A DNA stretch of 64,000 nt from Pelomyxa schiedti (Eukaryota; Protista; Evosea): the NCBI GenBank assembly GCA_020536535.1, contig JAHLWZ010000231.1:1-64000 (forward strand). Direction: 5' to 3'. Under the pieces are notes generated by a model. The model saw only the letters and a list, made by a program, of their open reading frames with translations, did not search any database and was not told where the DNA came from. Positions 22,701-35,273 of the stretch are shown in pieces. Within the stretch, counting starts at the first letter, position 1; every line of letters starts with the position of its first letter. A program made the translations under genes and the position numbers.

Positions 22701-25700
22701 CCACTGGGTGTGCCAAGCCACACTGTATCCTGAACAAAAGTCATTGTACACACAACAGGGCACGGAATTTTCTATAATGATGTCAAAAGAGAATGCCAGG
22801 TGGAGTAGGAAGTGACCAGCAGACAAGTTAGTCGCTATTGTGAATGAGTGGAATGAAATTTGCAAAGAATGGATACCGACACACTCCAAACTCGGATAGT
22901 CAAATCAGCAGCAGAAGACCATACCTCGTTGTTTTTCCCTAGGAGAGTGTATATAGGACCTTGGGTATGGCCTTCCAGTTTCTTGAAGTCCGGGGTGAGT
23001 GCCTAAGGGAAAAAGGTTAATTGAAGTCAAATGTGAGATACACACCGATTTGTATACCCTCAGGACTTCATCGTCACAGGCCAACCAAATAGTACCATTA
23101 ATGTGTAATATTGATCGTACAACGCTTGGAACTTCCAAAAACGGGTACGCAGTGCTGGATCCCTGATACCTGGGATGTGTATTGCGTATTGGATAACAGA
23201 ATATAAAATAACAGTGGCATATCTTTTGAGAGTTTTTGAATAAAACCAGTTGTTCCAAATTTGCCCGCAACCCAGTTATGTGTTGACACCAAAGTTACAC
23301 AGTGGGGAATTCCACTGAGATGTAGAGATTGTGTTGGCTGATCCTGGAGGTTTCAAAAAAACTGTTAGTTCCAGAAAAGCATCGCCTGTTGCAACCATGG
23401 TCTTGGTCGGACTTGAATTGTCCTGAGTCATCCCAGGCAGTGTTTTCATTGACACCAATACAGAACGTAATTTCTTGCTGATTTCCACAATTATCTCCTC
23501 CCACTTGGCGTGCTTTTTCCTGTCGTGCAGGTACTTGCGGTACTCTTCATCAGTCGTGCAAGCCTCTATTGCAGGTCTGGGTGGTTCAGGTGGCGCAATT
23601 TGCTTGGCAAAGTCAATGTAACGAATATTCAATGAAGATTGTGCAGAAGCACTTGGAGCGGGTGACTGTGATGAACGGGAATCAAGTTCCCCAGACAGAG
23701 ATCGCTTTAATTCTTGTATCTGTGCAAAATGAGATAGACGTAGAAAAATAGCTACACACTGTGGTTGGTTGTAAGTCTTCCGTAATGGCTGATTGCACCT
23801 GCTAATGATTGGTGGGTAGGATGAAGAGGAAAAAGGCTTCAATAAGATAACTGCACCTTCGAAAAGAGTGTCTCATTTCGGTTTCTTTCAAATTCCAGCT
23901 GGTTACGAAGCAAATCAAGTTCTTCTGCAGTACAAACTCTTTCGGTTGCTGAGTATAAAAATGAGAAGAATTTCAATGGAAACGAAGCGGAACTTTGAGT
24001 CTCAACATCTAAAGGTTTTCTGATCCCTGTGGTTGAAGCTGTAAAAATCGGGTGTTGGCGGTTGTTGCATTTGGTAAGATTTTCTTACCTGGCACATCCA
24101 AGCTCGCAGCTGGCTGTGCAGCATCAATTTTTGCAAGTAACTTGAGAATTAGTTCTTGATTCGCCTATCAATAGTGTTGGTGTGACTTGATAACAACAGT
24201 ACTCACTGTGCTTTGTAAAAGTGGCAGGGAAGGCTTTTTCAGAAGCTCCATATTTTTTTGTTGTTCTTCCTTGAATCTTCTTCTCAAGTAACGTTGCTCC
24301 TGTTTCTGTGTTAAAAGTTTCAAAACCTAGAAAGTATTTTGATTGCCTCCTCTGAACTTTTGAGTTTTGAGGTTAGTATCTTTATTGTCTCAGATGTTTC
24401 TTCACGCAGTGTTCTTCTCTTGTGACGTTCATCATCAAGTTCCTAGTATTCCTTGAATTAATTCCCAAACAATGCAGGCATTGTACCAGTTGAATGGAAC
24501 GCCGTTTTTCAACCTCTTCATCCAATTCTCTGGTATAATGTAAGTGTGAATGAGATTTCCAGAGATTGTGCACCTCTGAATTGAGATTATTGCTCGCTCA
24601 CTGTCAATATTGGTGTTAGCATCTCTGGTCCAACCTTGAGGCGCCTATTAGCTCGGGAACCAATAATAACATTGTGCCATTACTTGAAGAAGACTGGCTA
24701 TGATTTGTGTAGTCATCTTCTTCAGCTGGTAAAGTTGCCTGGTAGTACTGCTGGTATTGATGATGTGAAGGACGCGGCGCATGAAAAGACTGCGCCGGCG
24801 GCTGCTGGTACAGGACTTGTGGGTGTCCTTCGCTTTGGTGCAGGAGTTGCGCCTGGTACCGCAGTGGCACCTGCTGCCTTTCCACTTCCAGAATGCTTTT
24901 TTTCCTGCGGTGCTGATGCCGGTGTTGATGCTGGTGCTCGTGCTGCTGCTGCTCCGGCTGCTGCTCGTGAGCGCGCGAGCTGCGGTGTGCGTGCTTCCCC
25001 GTGTGGTGGCCGTGCTCGCGGTAGGGATCGGCAGTGGGGCCGACAGCATACTGCGGGGGAGGGGCGGGGCCACAGAAGTCACCACCACCGCCGCCCCCCA
25101 TGGTGTACATCAGCTCCGGAGCCATGATGCCACATTCGTAGGGAGGCTCCAAGGGAGCCCATGAGTCGAGGAACGGGGCGCACACGCCGCCGCTCCCGTA
25201 CATTTGGTGGGCCTGGGCAGGGGACAGAGGGGACGACGCAGACATCATCTCCCGCTGTTGCGGCTGCGCGGCGTTGGCACCCGCGGACATTGGCAGCTTG
25301 TTTCCGCCGGCGCTGGTCCTGCGGTCCCGCGTCTCCCTCTCCCTCTCCCGCGCGGCGTCGGGCGAGCCGGAGCGCCCGGGCTTGCGCGGGTGCTTGTGGG
25401 TTCCCTCTCCGCCGCCGCTGCTCCCCCCACTGCCGCCGCCTCCGCCTCCGCCCCCGCCCCCGCCCCCGCCCTCGGCCTGCTGCTGGTCCCGGCGGGACGC
25501 GTCCTCGTCGTTGTGGCGGTGCCGGTGCTGGGTCTGCTGCTGCTGTTGCTGTTGCTGCTGGTGAAGGTGGCTCGAGTCGTTCTGGGGGTCGCGCCTGTTG
25601 GTGATGGCAACGGCGGCCCCGCTGCGGGACGACGGGGAGTGCGAGCCCCGCAAGGGGATTACGGAGGGGGGGCAAGCCAGGGTCGCGGCAGACGCCGCCG

Positions 25701-25989
25701 TGCCCGGGGAGGGCGGCGCCAGGGACGACGCCGAGGTGCTGGCGGCCGGCCGCTCCCCGCCCCCGCCTGGCCCGCTGCGCTTGTAGCTCGGGGCAGGGGG
25801 GGCCGCCATGTCGTCGCGGGCACGGCGGGCGACCGGTGGGGAGCTGGAGCTGTGCGGGGGGCACGCCGCGCTGAACGACGCGGAGGCGTGCAGCGAGTTG
25901 CTCGGGGGCTCCGCGGGCCGCGACGGCGCCGTGTGGCTCCGCCGTGCCGACGCCCCGTGGCTGTTATTGGACGCTGGTGTCGATGCCAT
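19764..25989 (-). CDS. Large Arf-GEF: low-complexity N-terminus, coiled coil, beta-propeller-like region, Sec7 and PH domains
   Basis: Sec7 motifs VGDFLG, FENSLRMFLRQFNLPVEGQKI, LAFGCIYANTALHNPQV (21145-21600). PH-like region ending VLKAKLAYTCQMWLGAF. WD-like fragments at 22200-23200 (INGTIWLAC, INDVWVAHSN, YGGFVWGFS). Treating it as one gene is an inference. Confidence 0.75.
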
Positions 25990-27247
25990 TTGCCCTTTGA
26001 TGTGTTGTGTTGATGTTTGAGTGGTGCTTCGGTATTTTCTGATCTTCGTGCAAGTTGATTTCGCAAAAAACGAACGTACTTCGGCACTTGGTAAGAATGG
26101 TGGTTCCACAGAGGTTTGTTTTGTTTTGTTTACTTTATACATATGTAGTGGAGTGGAACCTCAGTGTGTCAGCTCTGCTTCTCGAAGAACTGCCAAGATG
26201 GATTGCATCACACAAAAAAGCCCTAGTAAAATGCCACAACAAGCACCAACAAGCCATGTCACAACAAGTGTCATGGATAATCTGTACAGTTTTGGTGCCA
26301 GGTGCATCTGTGTGCGTTGTGAGGTTAAAGGAAAACAGATGGGCTTTACTTACGCAATCTTGTGTGTGGAAAACCCATACAGAACCAAATGGATACCACA
26401 AAACGGAGGCAAATAACAGAGCCAAGCCAATCTGAAGTATTGACCGAATCCGCATTCTCATGCTCATTGAACTAACAGCATGTATGTGTGCTGTGATATC
26501 CACGTTTTATTTATTAATTTTTATTTATTTATTGAGTTGGTAGGAATGAGGTTCAAAGTCTACTCACTCTACTCTTTGAGCTAGCTTAGGTAAAAAGAAA
26601 AACGCAATCAACATCAACAAGCATGCCAGCGCTTTTTTGAAATGTCTCTACAAACCACGAACAAAAAGACAAAGCATGACAACACCAGCAAAACTCATAA
26701 CAAAATAAAATAACAGCCAGTAAGAGCGACCCAACAACAAAGTATAGGAACCTGAGAGTATAGACAAGACAAGGATGAATGCCTGGAGTGGTACGTCGCA
26801 CGTGTCATTCCACTCCAGAACAACCACGGCACACTCCACGACGCCAAGTACGCCAGCCACGCCAAGGACAACCAATTCCACCAATTTGTTGTTCTCCCTC
26901 AGCCTAGTTCATATTTGTTTTAGTGGTTTGGGTAGGGGGGTTGGGTGTGCAAATCAAGTCGAAGGCGATCAATGGAGTGGCTGTTGGGAGTCGGTCGTGG
27001 GGGCGTGTTTGTGTTTGACAAGAGAATATGTTGCACCATGGCAAAATGCTAGCAATAAATTGCATCCAGTGCTGTAGATGGCGTATTGGCACAAATCCGG
27101 CTTTCTTGTTTTTTCCGAGTTTCCGTGGTTTTCGTTTTTTTTTATTTGTTTGTACCGTACCAATCAGGGGTGATGGTAATTAAAGAGGGTGTTACAGTGG
27201 TACTGAGGTTTTTTTACAATTTACACTGAATAGGGAATACAATAGTG

Positions 27248-28790
27248 TCATAGAAGGTTGTTCTTAAGGAGGCCAAATACAGTGATGGTCCCAGCGCCTA
27301 AGAGATACACAAACTTCACCACCGTTGTCCTGTACACTGTAATGCCAAGGAGGCTGAATCCTTGGCTCACAGTTTGTATTTGCTGCATAAGTGCTCCGTA
27401 TGCCTCAATATCCAACGGGTTGATTGAGGGGCTGTCACCTGAAGTAGAGGGCGCGGTAATGAATGCTGGTTGCTGTACGTTTGGTGGAAGTGCTGAGCAC
27501 ACTGTTGAAGTAGGAATTCCGGAAAAAATTTCAGCAATGTTTGTGGGGAAGTCGCTCAAGTAGTATGAAGTTACGTGACCGAGGGCATACAACTGCATAA
27601 GCAATAGAAGCAAGTAAAGTGTTACGATCGCGGAGTACCAGTGCAAGTCCGGCTGGAGCCGAATTAGGTCTATGTCTGCCTGGTTCGTTCCAACCATTAC
27701 CAGTATCAGAGCAGTCCATGACAGGATGTGAGCTCCCGCTTGTGGTAGTAATATCCACTGAAGCCGGGAGTTGAATTTTATCATTCTCGAGTTCATTCTC
27801 GCATGTTCAGATATCAGCCATATTACAGAGGAAGGGCTCCCTGAAGATGAAGAGTGGATTACTGATAAGGTGAGACACTCAAACTGCATCACGCGGTCGA
27901 GCCACATCCTGGAGGCAAGTATTACAATGGCCGAAGTGATGCACACCAGGTATCCAGACGCACTAAGGAGTGGAATGGTGGGTATGCCTTCGAAATTCGC
28001 AAGGTCCTCACTTGCAAAGAGAACAGAGGATGACACCAGGGAAAATGTGCACACTAGAGCTGTAAGGAGTATCAACAGAACCATAACTACAAACACGCCC
28101 TTGTGCCACCTCAAAATCCTTCTGAGTGCCATAGAACACCTCCATCTGTTGTTGTACAACAGATAGTGCGGGTGTGTACCAGAAGAGAGCTCCTTCAGCG
28201 TATCTTCCAGAGCGCCAGAGTCGCAGAACTTGCACACGAGCACATACAGAGGGAGGCAGAACCCCTCCTCGATAGCGTACGAGGCCATGTATATCGTCCT
28301 GATCACCAGCGGGGCGTCGCCCTCCAAGTGGAAGTACGACCAGTGGATGTCGTTCCAGCAGCACCACACCACCAGCGCGGACAGAGCCACCACGACGGCC
28401 GCCCTGTGCGCCCCCAGCAAGGCCCCCCTCCTCCCTCTCCCGCACCCGCACCAGCCCCCGCTGCCCGGCATGCTCGCGGCGGCCCCAGCCACTGCCACGG
28501 CCACACTCGCCGGGCCGGGGGCAGGGAGTGGTGGCGGGGGGCCCGCGGGGGTGCCGCCGGCAGGGTGGCTGGGAGGGGTGTGCGGCGGCGGGCCCGGGGC
28601 GGGGGCGCCGGAGTGGCTGCCCACGACCGAGGAGCCCCGGGCTCGGGTGGAGGGAGATAGCGGGCAGCCTATGAGGGCCCCCGCGAGCCACAGCCCGCGG
28701 AACACGCGGGACAGGGTTACTGCTGGCCCGGGGCGGCGGGCTCCCCCGCCCCCGCCGGTCGTGCTCGTGGTGGGTCGCGGCGGCGTTCAT
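27248..28790 (-). CDS. Seven-TM protein resembling the gustatory-receptor-like / DUF3537 (7TMIC) superfamily
   Basis: Seven hydrophobic segments; H..M...MIKFNSRLQWILL before TM5, LYALGHVT at the end of TM6, C-terminal GFSLLGITVYRTTVVKFVYLLGAGTITVF. The ATG at 28790 is out of frame with the main ORF and needs a 52-nt GT-AG intron or a 1-nt frameshift. Confidence 0.65.
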
Positions 28791-28939
28791 GTTTGAGGGT
28801 TGTTAAGATGAGAAATCAACTGTTTGATTTTCCTGTAACAGCAAAATTCGTTGACTAGGTTTGGGGGAAGTGGGCGAGCCCAAACGCAAGATAATGAGGT
28901 GTTTTGGTTTTAGTTGGGTTTTTTACATGTGTGTCTGGC

Positions 28940-30842
28940 TCATCCCATGAAGGTTTTAATGATTTGGGAAATGGAGGTTCGGCAGATAGGGCACTTGTGT
29001 ATTTTGGGTTTGAGTAACTTGGAACACTCAAAACAAACACACAGGTGTCCACAGGGAACAATTACCTGGGGTTTTTGGAGGGGAAGGAGTGAGATAACAG
29101 GTAAAAAGATAAGGGGCATCCATACAGTGTTTATCTTGGCATCATAGCATATCTTTAATGGTAGTGAGATACTGACTGATGTTTAAAAAAGGAAAGGCAT
29201 TACTGTGCATTCGCCGGCCGCTGTATTGTCTTGTGCGCCATCAACCTTGGGTTTTTTGGGAGACGGCTGAACTGCTGCAGCTGAATCAGAAGAAGCTGAA
29301 GTAGAACTTGTGGTTGTCACAGATGCGGATGGAGGAGCTACTGCAGCGGAAAGCGTAGGAAGCAACAAAGGAAAGGAAGGAGGAAGTAATGGGGGTAGTA
29401 AAGGCAGTGGAGCGGGTCTTACCTCTCCTACAAAGAAAGAAGGTTAATGTGAAGCGAGGATATTTTATTGTTGCGCAAGGTGATCAACCATCTACAAAAG
29501 CTAGCCAAGATGCTGTTGCTCCCCATACAATCGTGTCCCGCCAGGTACCACAAGTCAAAGTAAATCCAGCATGATATATTCCTGTTTCGATGACCTTTCA
29601 GAATTAATTTCAAAGTGTGTTACAAGCTTAAAAAAAAAACCTTGATTCTATTGTCATCTTCATTAGAGACATCAACTGCAGATAACAATACAACCCCAGA
29701 AGGCTTTTTCTCAAAGTAGGATCCAAAACTAATCGGATATTGAATCTCTCGATCTCCACTTCCTTCGTCAAGCGTCCAAGCTGGGAGTCTATTGTTGAAT
29801 CTATGTGTCCCTACCTTAAGAAGCCACTTACTATCTGCAATATAACTCGAGGACTAACCTTGATTGCAGCACCATTTGAGTCCTCTAGATCAGCATCCAC
29901 AGCTAGCCAAGCAACTGTGACTCCGTTAACCACACTATCACTCCAAGTTACTGCAGATAATTGGAAACTGTCTAATGACACAGAATCCACTGTCACTGAA
30001 AGTCTACGGCCAGTTAGATTACTTGACCAATAGAAATGGCTCGCCTGTGATCTTCATGCTTAGAAACATCCAGGCCAGAAATACAAGCAATCACTTTGGG
30101 TATCTTCACGAAAGTCTTTGTAAACATGACCCGAACACTATACCTACGATTGCCTGTGCCTGATGATAAAGTCCAACCAGATAAAGTCCTGCGAAATGCA
30201 TAGCTATGTTGAAGAGTTAATTAATTTTCAGCCCCATTTGAGCTTACATTCCGGTTTCAAGCCTGGCGCCATCAATCATAGCAGGTGCCTTTTCAAAAGC
30301 AAGAAAACTCGCTGAAGCGGACCACACATGACTATCTCTCCAGGTGGAAAACCGTATATCAAATCCCGTTCTTTCCACGTTCTATTATTTGTTACGGTGT
30401 TACCCACTACAGTGTATCTACCAAAGGTTGAACAGAAATCCTGTGATCAGCTTCTGTAAGCAAGTCCAGAGCAGATAACCCAAGGAATACCTACATATAA
30501 AACATGCAATTTTTTTAGTCACTGCATGCCACAAACAACACACAAAAAGTTCACAATACATCCCAAACAAAAGTCGTCATTCTCTCCAACAACAACAACA
30601 ACAAAAACAAAAAAACAAAAAAAAAAAGAGAAGAGAGATACAGCAGGGGGATCAGCAAAGGGCCTGACGAAATTTATATGCTGGCAGAACGGCCTCTCCC
30701 CATTGCCCTTGTGTAGCTTCCACCCCGTCGCCGACATGGTCTTGTCGCGCCTCTTGGACGGCCACACGATCCCGCTCTCGCACCGTATAGCTTTTATCGG
30801 CTGCCCTTGTGCATCATAGACGACTGCCGCTGATGCCGCCAT
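28940..30842 (-). CDS. Triple H-type lectin - proline-rich linker - RING-HC E3 ubiquitin ligase
   Basis: Hand-spliced. Three repeats W-x-L-x2-G-x-G-x-R...F...P....S-x-[LV]D...D-x-R...F...TW-x-D (e.g. GFDIRFSTWRDSHVWSASASFLAF; GFTLTCGTWRDTIVWGATASWLAF). Then GEVRPAPLPLLPP..., then GECT|ICYDAKINT|VIVPCGHLCVCFECSKLLKPKIHKCPICRTSISQIIKTFMG* (stop 28940). Confidence 0.85.
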
Positions 30843-31027
30843 CAACACACCAACCCAAACGGCAAAGAAAAAAAAAATGGTTTGCGTGTTGGATCTGTTG
30901 GGCTTTCGGTTTGGTAATTTAGAATCTCTTATCTGATAACAGAAAAGAGACTTTTGGTTGGTAACACGGGTTCAGTGATTTTTTTTGGTGTCAAAAAAAT
31001 GGTTGTATTTGTAGTACTACATAGGAA

Positions 31028-32245
31028 TCAGCTGTTCATAAAGCCCACCTGAAGGGCTGAAGTGACTTTGGTTTTGAACCGTTCTATTTGGGTTGCGGAG
31101 CCAGTAACTTTCATTGTGAGCTCAATGGATTCAACATCCACACCAGGTTCACCCCATACTTTGTCACGTGGTGCTATGGGTGCTGCATTGTTGTTAGTTG
31201 TTAAACAAAGAAGATAATAATATCATACCAAGTTTGTAAAGGGTGGAAACCGGAAACTTTAGATTCTACAGGGAGTTAGGAAAAAATTTGAACAATTTGT
31301 GTGGCACACTGTTGTTAATTCACCCTCGGAATTTGATTTGATATTCTTTGGCCAGTCAGATTGTGTGGTAGAAACGTGAACAACCTGAGGGGAAAGTTGA
31401 GTAACTTTTAAGATCAAAGGGGAAGAAGCTATACCGATCCAAAAATGGTGGTCCCTTCAAGTACTGAAGCCACAAGAGGTAGCTCAGCTAATACTTGTGA
31501 AGCTGTGGTGCCAGATGGGCTGTCCAATATTGCTTTTAGCCATACAATGGCAAAGCCACTTGATATAACTTTTGCTGCAGTACACAACCACTTATGCGTA
31601 AGTTTGCTAGTAGACGGGTCAAACAGCAACTGAGAAGAAAAAGTCTCCATAACTTCGTTCTGTCAAGGTCAAAAGTGTAAGATACGGTAACATCCAAAAT
31701 AAAAAAAAAACAATTGAAGGGTGATTTACCTCAGTCACTCCCCTCGGCAAATTAGAGGCATACAAAGGGTGCTCGTCGGGCCTCACGACCGGCGTGGTGC
31801 CCGTGCCCGCGCCCCCCGCGAGCTGCGCCCCGTCGCTGGGCTTTGGTTTGGCCGCTGGTGGTGAGCGTGAGCGTTGGCGGGAGGAGCGAGAGCGCGACCG
31901 CGAGCGTGAACGAGAGCGAGAGCGGGAGCGGGAGGGGGCCGGAGGTGACCTGGACGAGGCCCTGCGCCGCGGCGAGCGGCTCCTCCTGGTCTGCGAGGGA
32001 GACCGCGACCTAGAGGGAGACGGGGACCCCGAGCGGGAGCGGGACCGGGAGCGCGGGGAGCGGGACCGGGAGCGCGGGGAGCGTGACCGAGATGGGGACG
32101 GGGAGCGGGACCGCGAGTGCTCGTCGCCGCGCGACCGGGACCTGTCCCCCAGAGACGAGGACTGAGTGGCCACAGCACCACCGGCTCCCCTGCCGAATCT
32201 TATGTGCATTGGCGGCTTGCCCGTCGAAAAACTCCCTCCTCTCAT
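31028..32245 (-). CDS. RS/SR-repeat protein with degenerate RRM-like domain
   Basis: Long RS/SP dipeptide tract, then LYASNLPRGVTE (RNP2-like) and SGFAIVWL (RNP1-like). Spliced to a stop at 31028. Confidence 0.65.
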
Positions 32246-32380
32246 GTCACAACACTCCCACCGTTCACGGTTTTTTTTGTTTTTTTTCTTGTACGTTTTC
32301 GTTCATGTGGGAACGAAGGACAAGAAAAAAATGAAATGCATTCTGCAGAAAATTCCTTTTATTCCTTTTTGACCTTGGAA

Positions 32381-33547
32381 TTAGGGTGACTGGTGTGTAG
32401 TACTTTCAGTGGTTATGGTTGTGGTGGTGTGGTTGGTGGGAACGGTGCAGCATGATTGTGGTTGTTGTTGATTTGGCTTGTTGGAGGCTTGCATCATGTG
32501 TGTGTAGAAAACTCCGCTCTTCATCACCTTGCCACCAAGGTCACATACCCTCCCAGTGAGTTCCCTGTCACTGGTAACAAGGAGTGGAAGGGGCACGCCG
32601 GCGGCCTTCATTCGCGTGAACATCTCTACTATAGTGTCATCGGCTATAGTATCCGAGCCGCTGAGAAGCACCTCCACTCCACCTTTGGACAAGGCCGCCG
32701 CGTCGCCAGAGCCATCAAAGATGATGTCATATTTCAAGTGATTGGCGGATTCAGATGTGGAGAACTCTGCAACCATATCTACAAGGCCAACACGGGCCAG
32801 TCCACGAGACCTCCGCATCTCTTTGGCAGGTTAGACTGGAAAAGTTGTTATGAAAGGAATCAGATACTAGTACGGAGTGTAGGATCACAGCCAATAATAT
32901 TGTATCCATCAACAAGAACACATGTGATTCCGAGCAGCTCCCCAGGGTGTGGCAGATTATCTATTCTACAGGTTTCAAGTTTCTCATAGAGTAGTTCCCT
33001 CTTCCTCTTCCTGTCTTCAGCAGTGGCTTTATTGTCGAGCCTTGATTTGCCCATCCCCTCACGAGAGCCCATATAAGAAGCGCAAGACGTAGTAACACTC
33101 ATAGGAGGCGCAGCAGCAGTAGAGGCAGCAGCTGTGGTAAGGATTGTTGGTTTTTCCCCACCCAGAACCCCCCCATCCAGCCCCAGCCCCAGCCCCAGCC
33201 CCGGTGTGTGTCCCTCTGTCTGTTTTTCCACCCCCGAAGGAGAATGTACCATATTGTTTTCTTCTGCCTGTTCTGTCTTAGTGCTAGCCATTAGTTCGCT
33301 TTTGAGTGCCCTTCTGGCGTCTTGGTAGGTCTTTCTTTCGCTCCTATCCAAGGCCCTCCACTCCTGCAAAGGGGCACAAAAAAAAAAAAAACAACCTTCA
33401 GTCTAAAGAAAGAGCGAGTGGAGGAAAGACCTGTCTGTACTGACGTCGTACTTCCATGGGAAGATCCCTTATGACCAGATCTGGTTGGTTTAACAACTCC
33501 CTAGCATAAAGAAGAAACGCTGGTGGCACGGAAATTGTGCGAGGCAT
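32381..33547 (-). CDS. HMG-box-like - NYN (YacP/Rae1-like PIN) ribonuclease fusion
   Basis: Exons 1-2: PPAFLLYARELL..PDL...|EWRALDRSERKTYQDAR (HMG-like). C-terminal VLVDGYNIIG, IIFDG, TIADDTI, VTSDRELT..V...GGKVMKS (NYN_YacP acidic motifs). Confidence 0.8.
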
Positions 33548-33932
33548 GTTTGTCTTCGGTTTGCTTAACGATCAAATTATTCAAGTTTTTTGTATTTTTT
33601 TGAATGTTTTCTGTTGTTAACAGACTTTCGGTTTTTGTTGGGTTTCGTGACTTTTAGACAACAAATATCTTGCTGGCAATCCGGTAGTGGAAAGGAAACT
33701 TGTAGAAAACTGCCAGGCAATTTGTTTGTACTTGGGTTCTGAGTTCTCTGAGAGAATTGGGTGCTCTCAGCCCACAGGGAGTAGGCGGCACTCATTACTC
33801 CTACTCACCGGGAGCACCTCCGGTTCCTTTATGTCTGTGACTAGTAGTGAGAGACTTTCCAGATGGAAGGATCTTTCCTGAGTTAACTGTACGTATTTTC
33901 ACTGAACACGGAAGGAAAAGGAACAAAGACGA

Positions 33933-35273
33933 ATGACGTCCGTTGGCGGGAGTGCTTCGTGGTCCGACTCGTCCCACAATTACAACAGCAGCTCCAGTTC
34001 CGATGGTGGCTTCACCGACAACCAAGAAGAGGCCTTGAAAATTATCACTCTCGTTGGGGCAATTTTGTCAGTCGTTTCATGCTGCATCGTGATGATCTTT
34101 GGAATAACCAGTGTTGTTTTTCCCTCCCTTAGGAAACTTTATTTGGGGCAACCTTGTTTTTATTTTTTTTTTTTTTTTTTTTTTTTTGTGACTTACAAAC
34201 ATCTTTTGTGGATATAGTGCCACCTCTGAGAAAGTTCAAATCGAGACTGGTTGTATATCTTGCTTTCTTTGACTTGCTCCCTGCATGCGCGAAGTTGATC
34301 AGCCTTGCCTCACCTACACCAACTTCTCCTATATGCCAAGCTATGGGCTATTTTGAGCAAGTCTGTGAGCTCGTCCATTCTATTATATTTCTGCAGTGTG
34401 AATAACTATTTTGAAGGTTGGGGGGCTGCTGGGAATTTCTTGGGCAATGATGATTGCTATTGCTATGTATCTGATGATTGCGTGGAAAATTATTCCCTGG
34501 ACAAAGATCTGGTTTAATGACTTTACAATGATCGCTGTAATTGCTATTCCTTTGTGTTGTGAAGGAATTATCCCATATTTTAGATTGGGGTACGGTGCTG
34601 ATGGTATGTGCTTTTAATGTTCAACTCCCTTTTAATGCATTCTCAAGGTGCTGTATGGTGCTGGATTATGGGCCCTAAGGCCTTTCTTTACTTCTACCCC
34701 CTTGCTTGGACCTTCATTTTTTGTACTATCATTATATATATTATGGTATCCCTCAGAGGGTCAAAATTTCTGCTTTCTCACACTTTTCTAGGTTGGAAGA
34801 AATCTCGTTGTCCGCATGCGTGCCCGGAAGCATAAAGGTGAAGATGTAATATCCAAGAAAAACAGTCAAACCAGGAGTACGCTGCTACATTTAGCTCCAT
34901 TTCCAATAGTAGTGGCTGCGATTTGGTTCTGGCCCACAGTTCACAGGATCTATGTACTTCTATCAATAAATTTGTGGGAGTTTTACTTCATTTTCCAACA
35001 GAGACTGGTGAATGACGGCGAAGATCTATTCGCCTTAGCGGTATTGCATGCATTGGTTGATCCATCCAGCGGATTTATCAATTCTGTATTTCTTCTCTTC
35101 GCCGTTATCAACACTGATTCCTTTGCATCCAGGTTGTGTACAGCATTACGTACTACACAGAAATCAAAACAACAATGGTGACAAGACAATGTATACAAAT
35201 GCAAGCAGTAGAATCTGCCGAAATGCACCTCGAGGGTGCGGCCACGCCCTCGGGAACAGCAAGCACATCCTGA
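33933..35273 (+). CDS. cAMP-receptor-like (Dictyostelium cAR/Crl family) GPCR
   Basis: TM1 IITLVGAILSVVSCCIVMIF, RLVVYLAFFDL, ICQAMGYFEQ, SWAMMIAIAMY, GAVWCWI, FPIVVAAIWFWPTVHRI, PSSGFINS|VVYS. Confidence 0.85.

Noticed and set aside
24636-26087. Many long overlapping ORFs on both strands (also 15087-15880, 28008-28796, 31783-32181, 56395-57194)
   Set aside because: Shadow ORFs caused by GC-rich, stop-poor first exons; no recognisable domains.
29484-29486. TGA after the third lectin domain as the gene end or a selenocysteine codon
   Set aside because: It lies inside a GT-AG intron whose removal gives an in-frame join to the RING exons.
31794-32165. Plus-strand RE/RD-repeat ORF resembling a splicing factor
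   Set aside because: It is the antisense reading of the RS tract. The minus strand has the ATG, the RRM-like motif and the spliced continuation.
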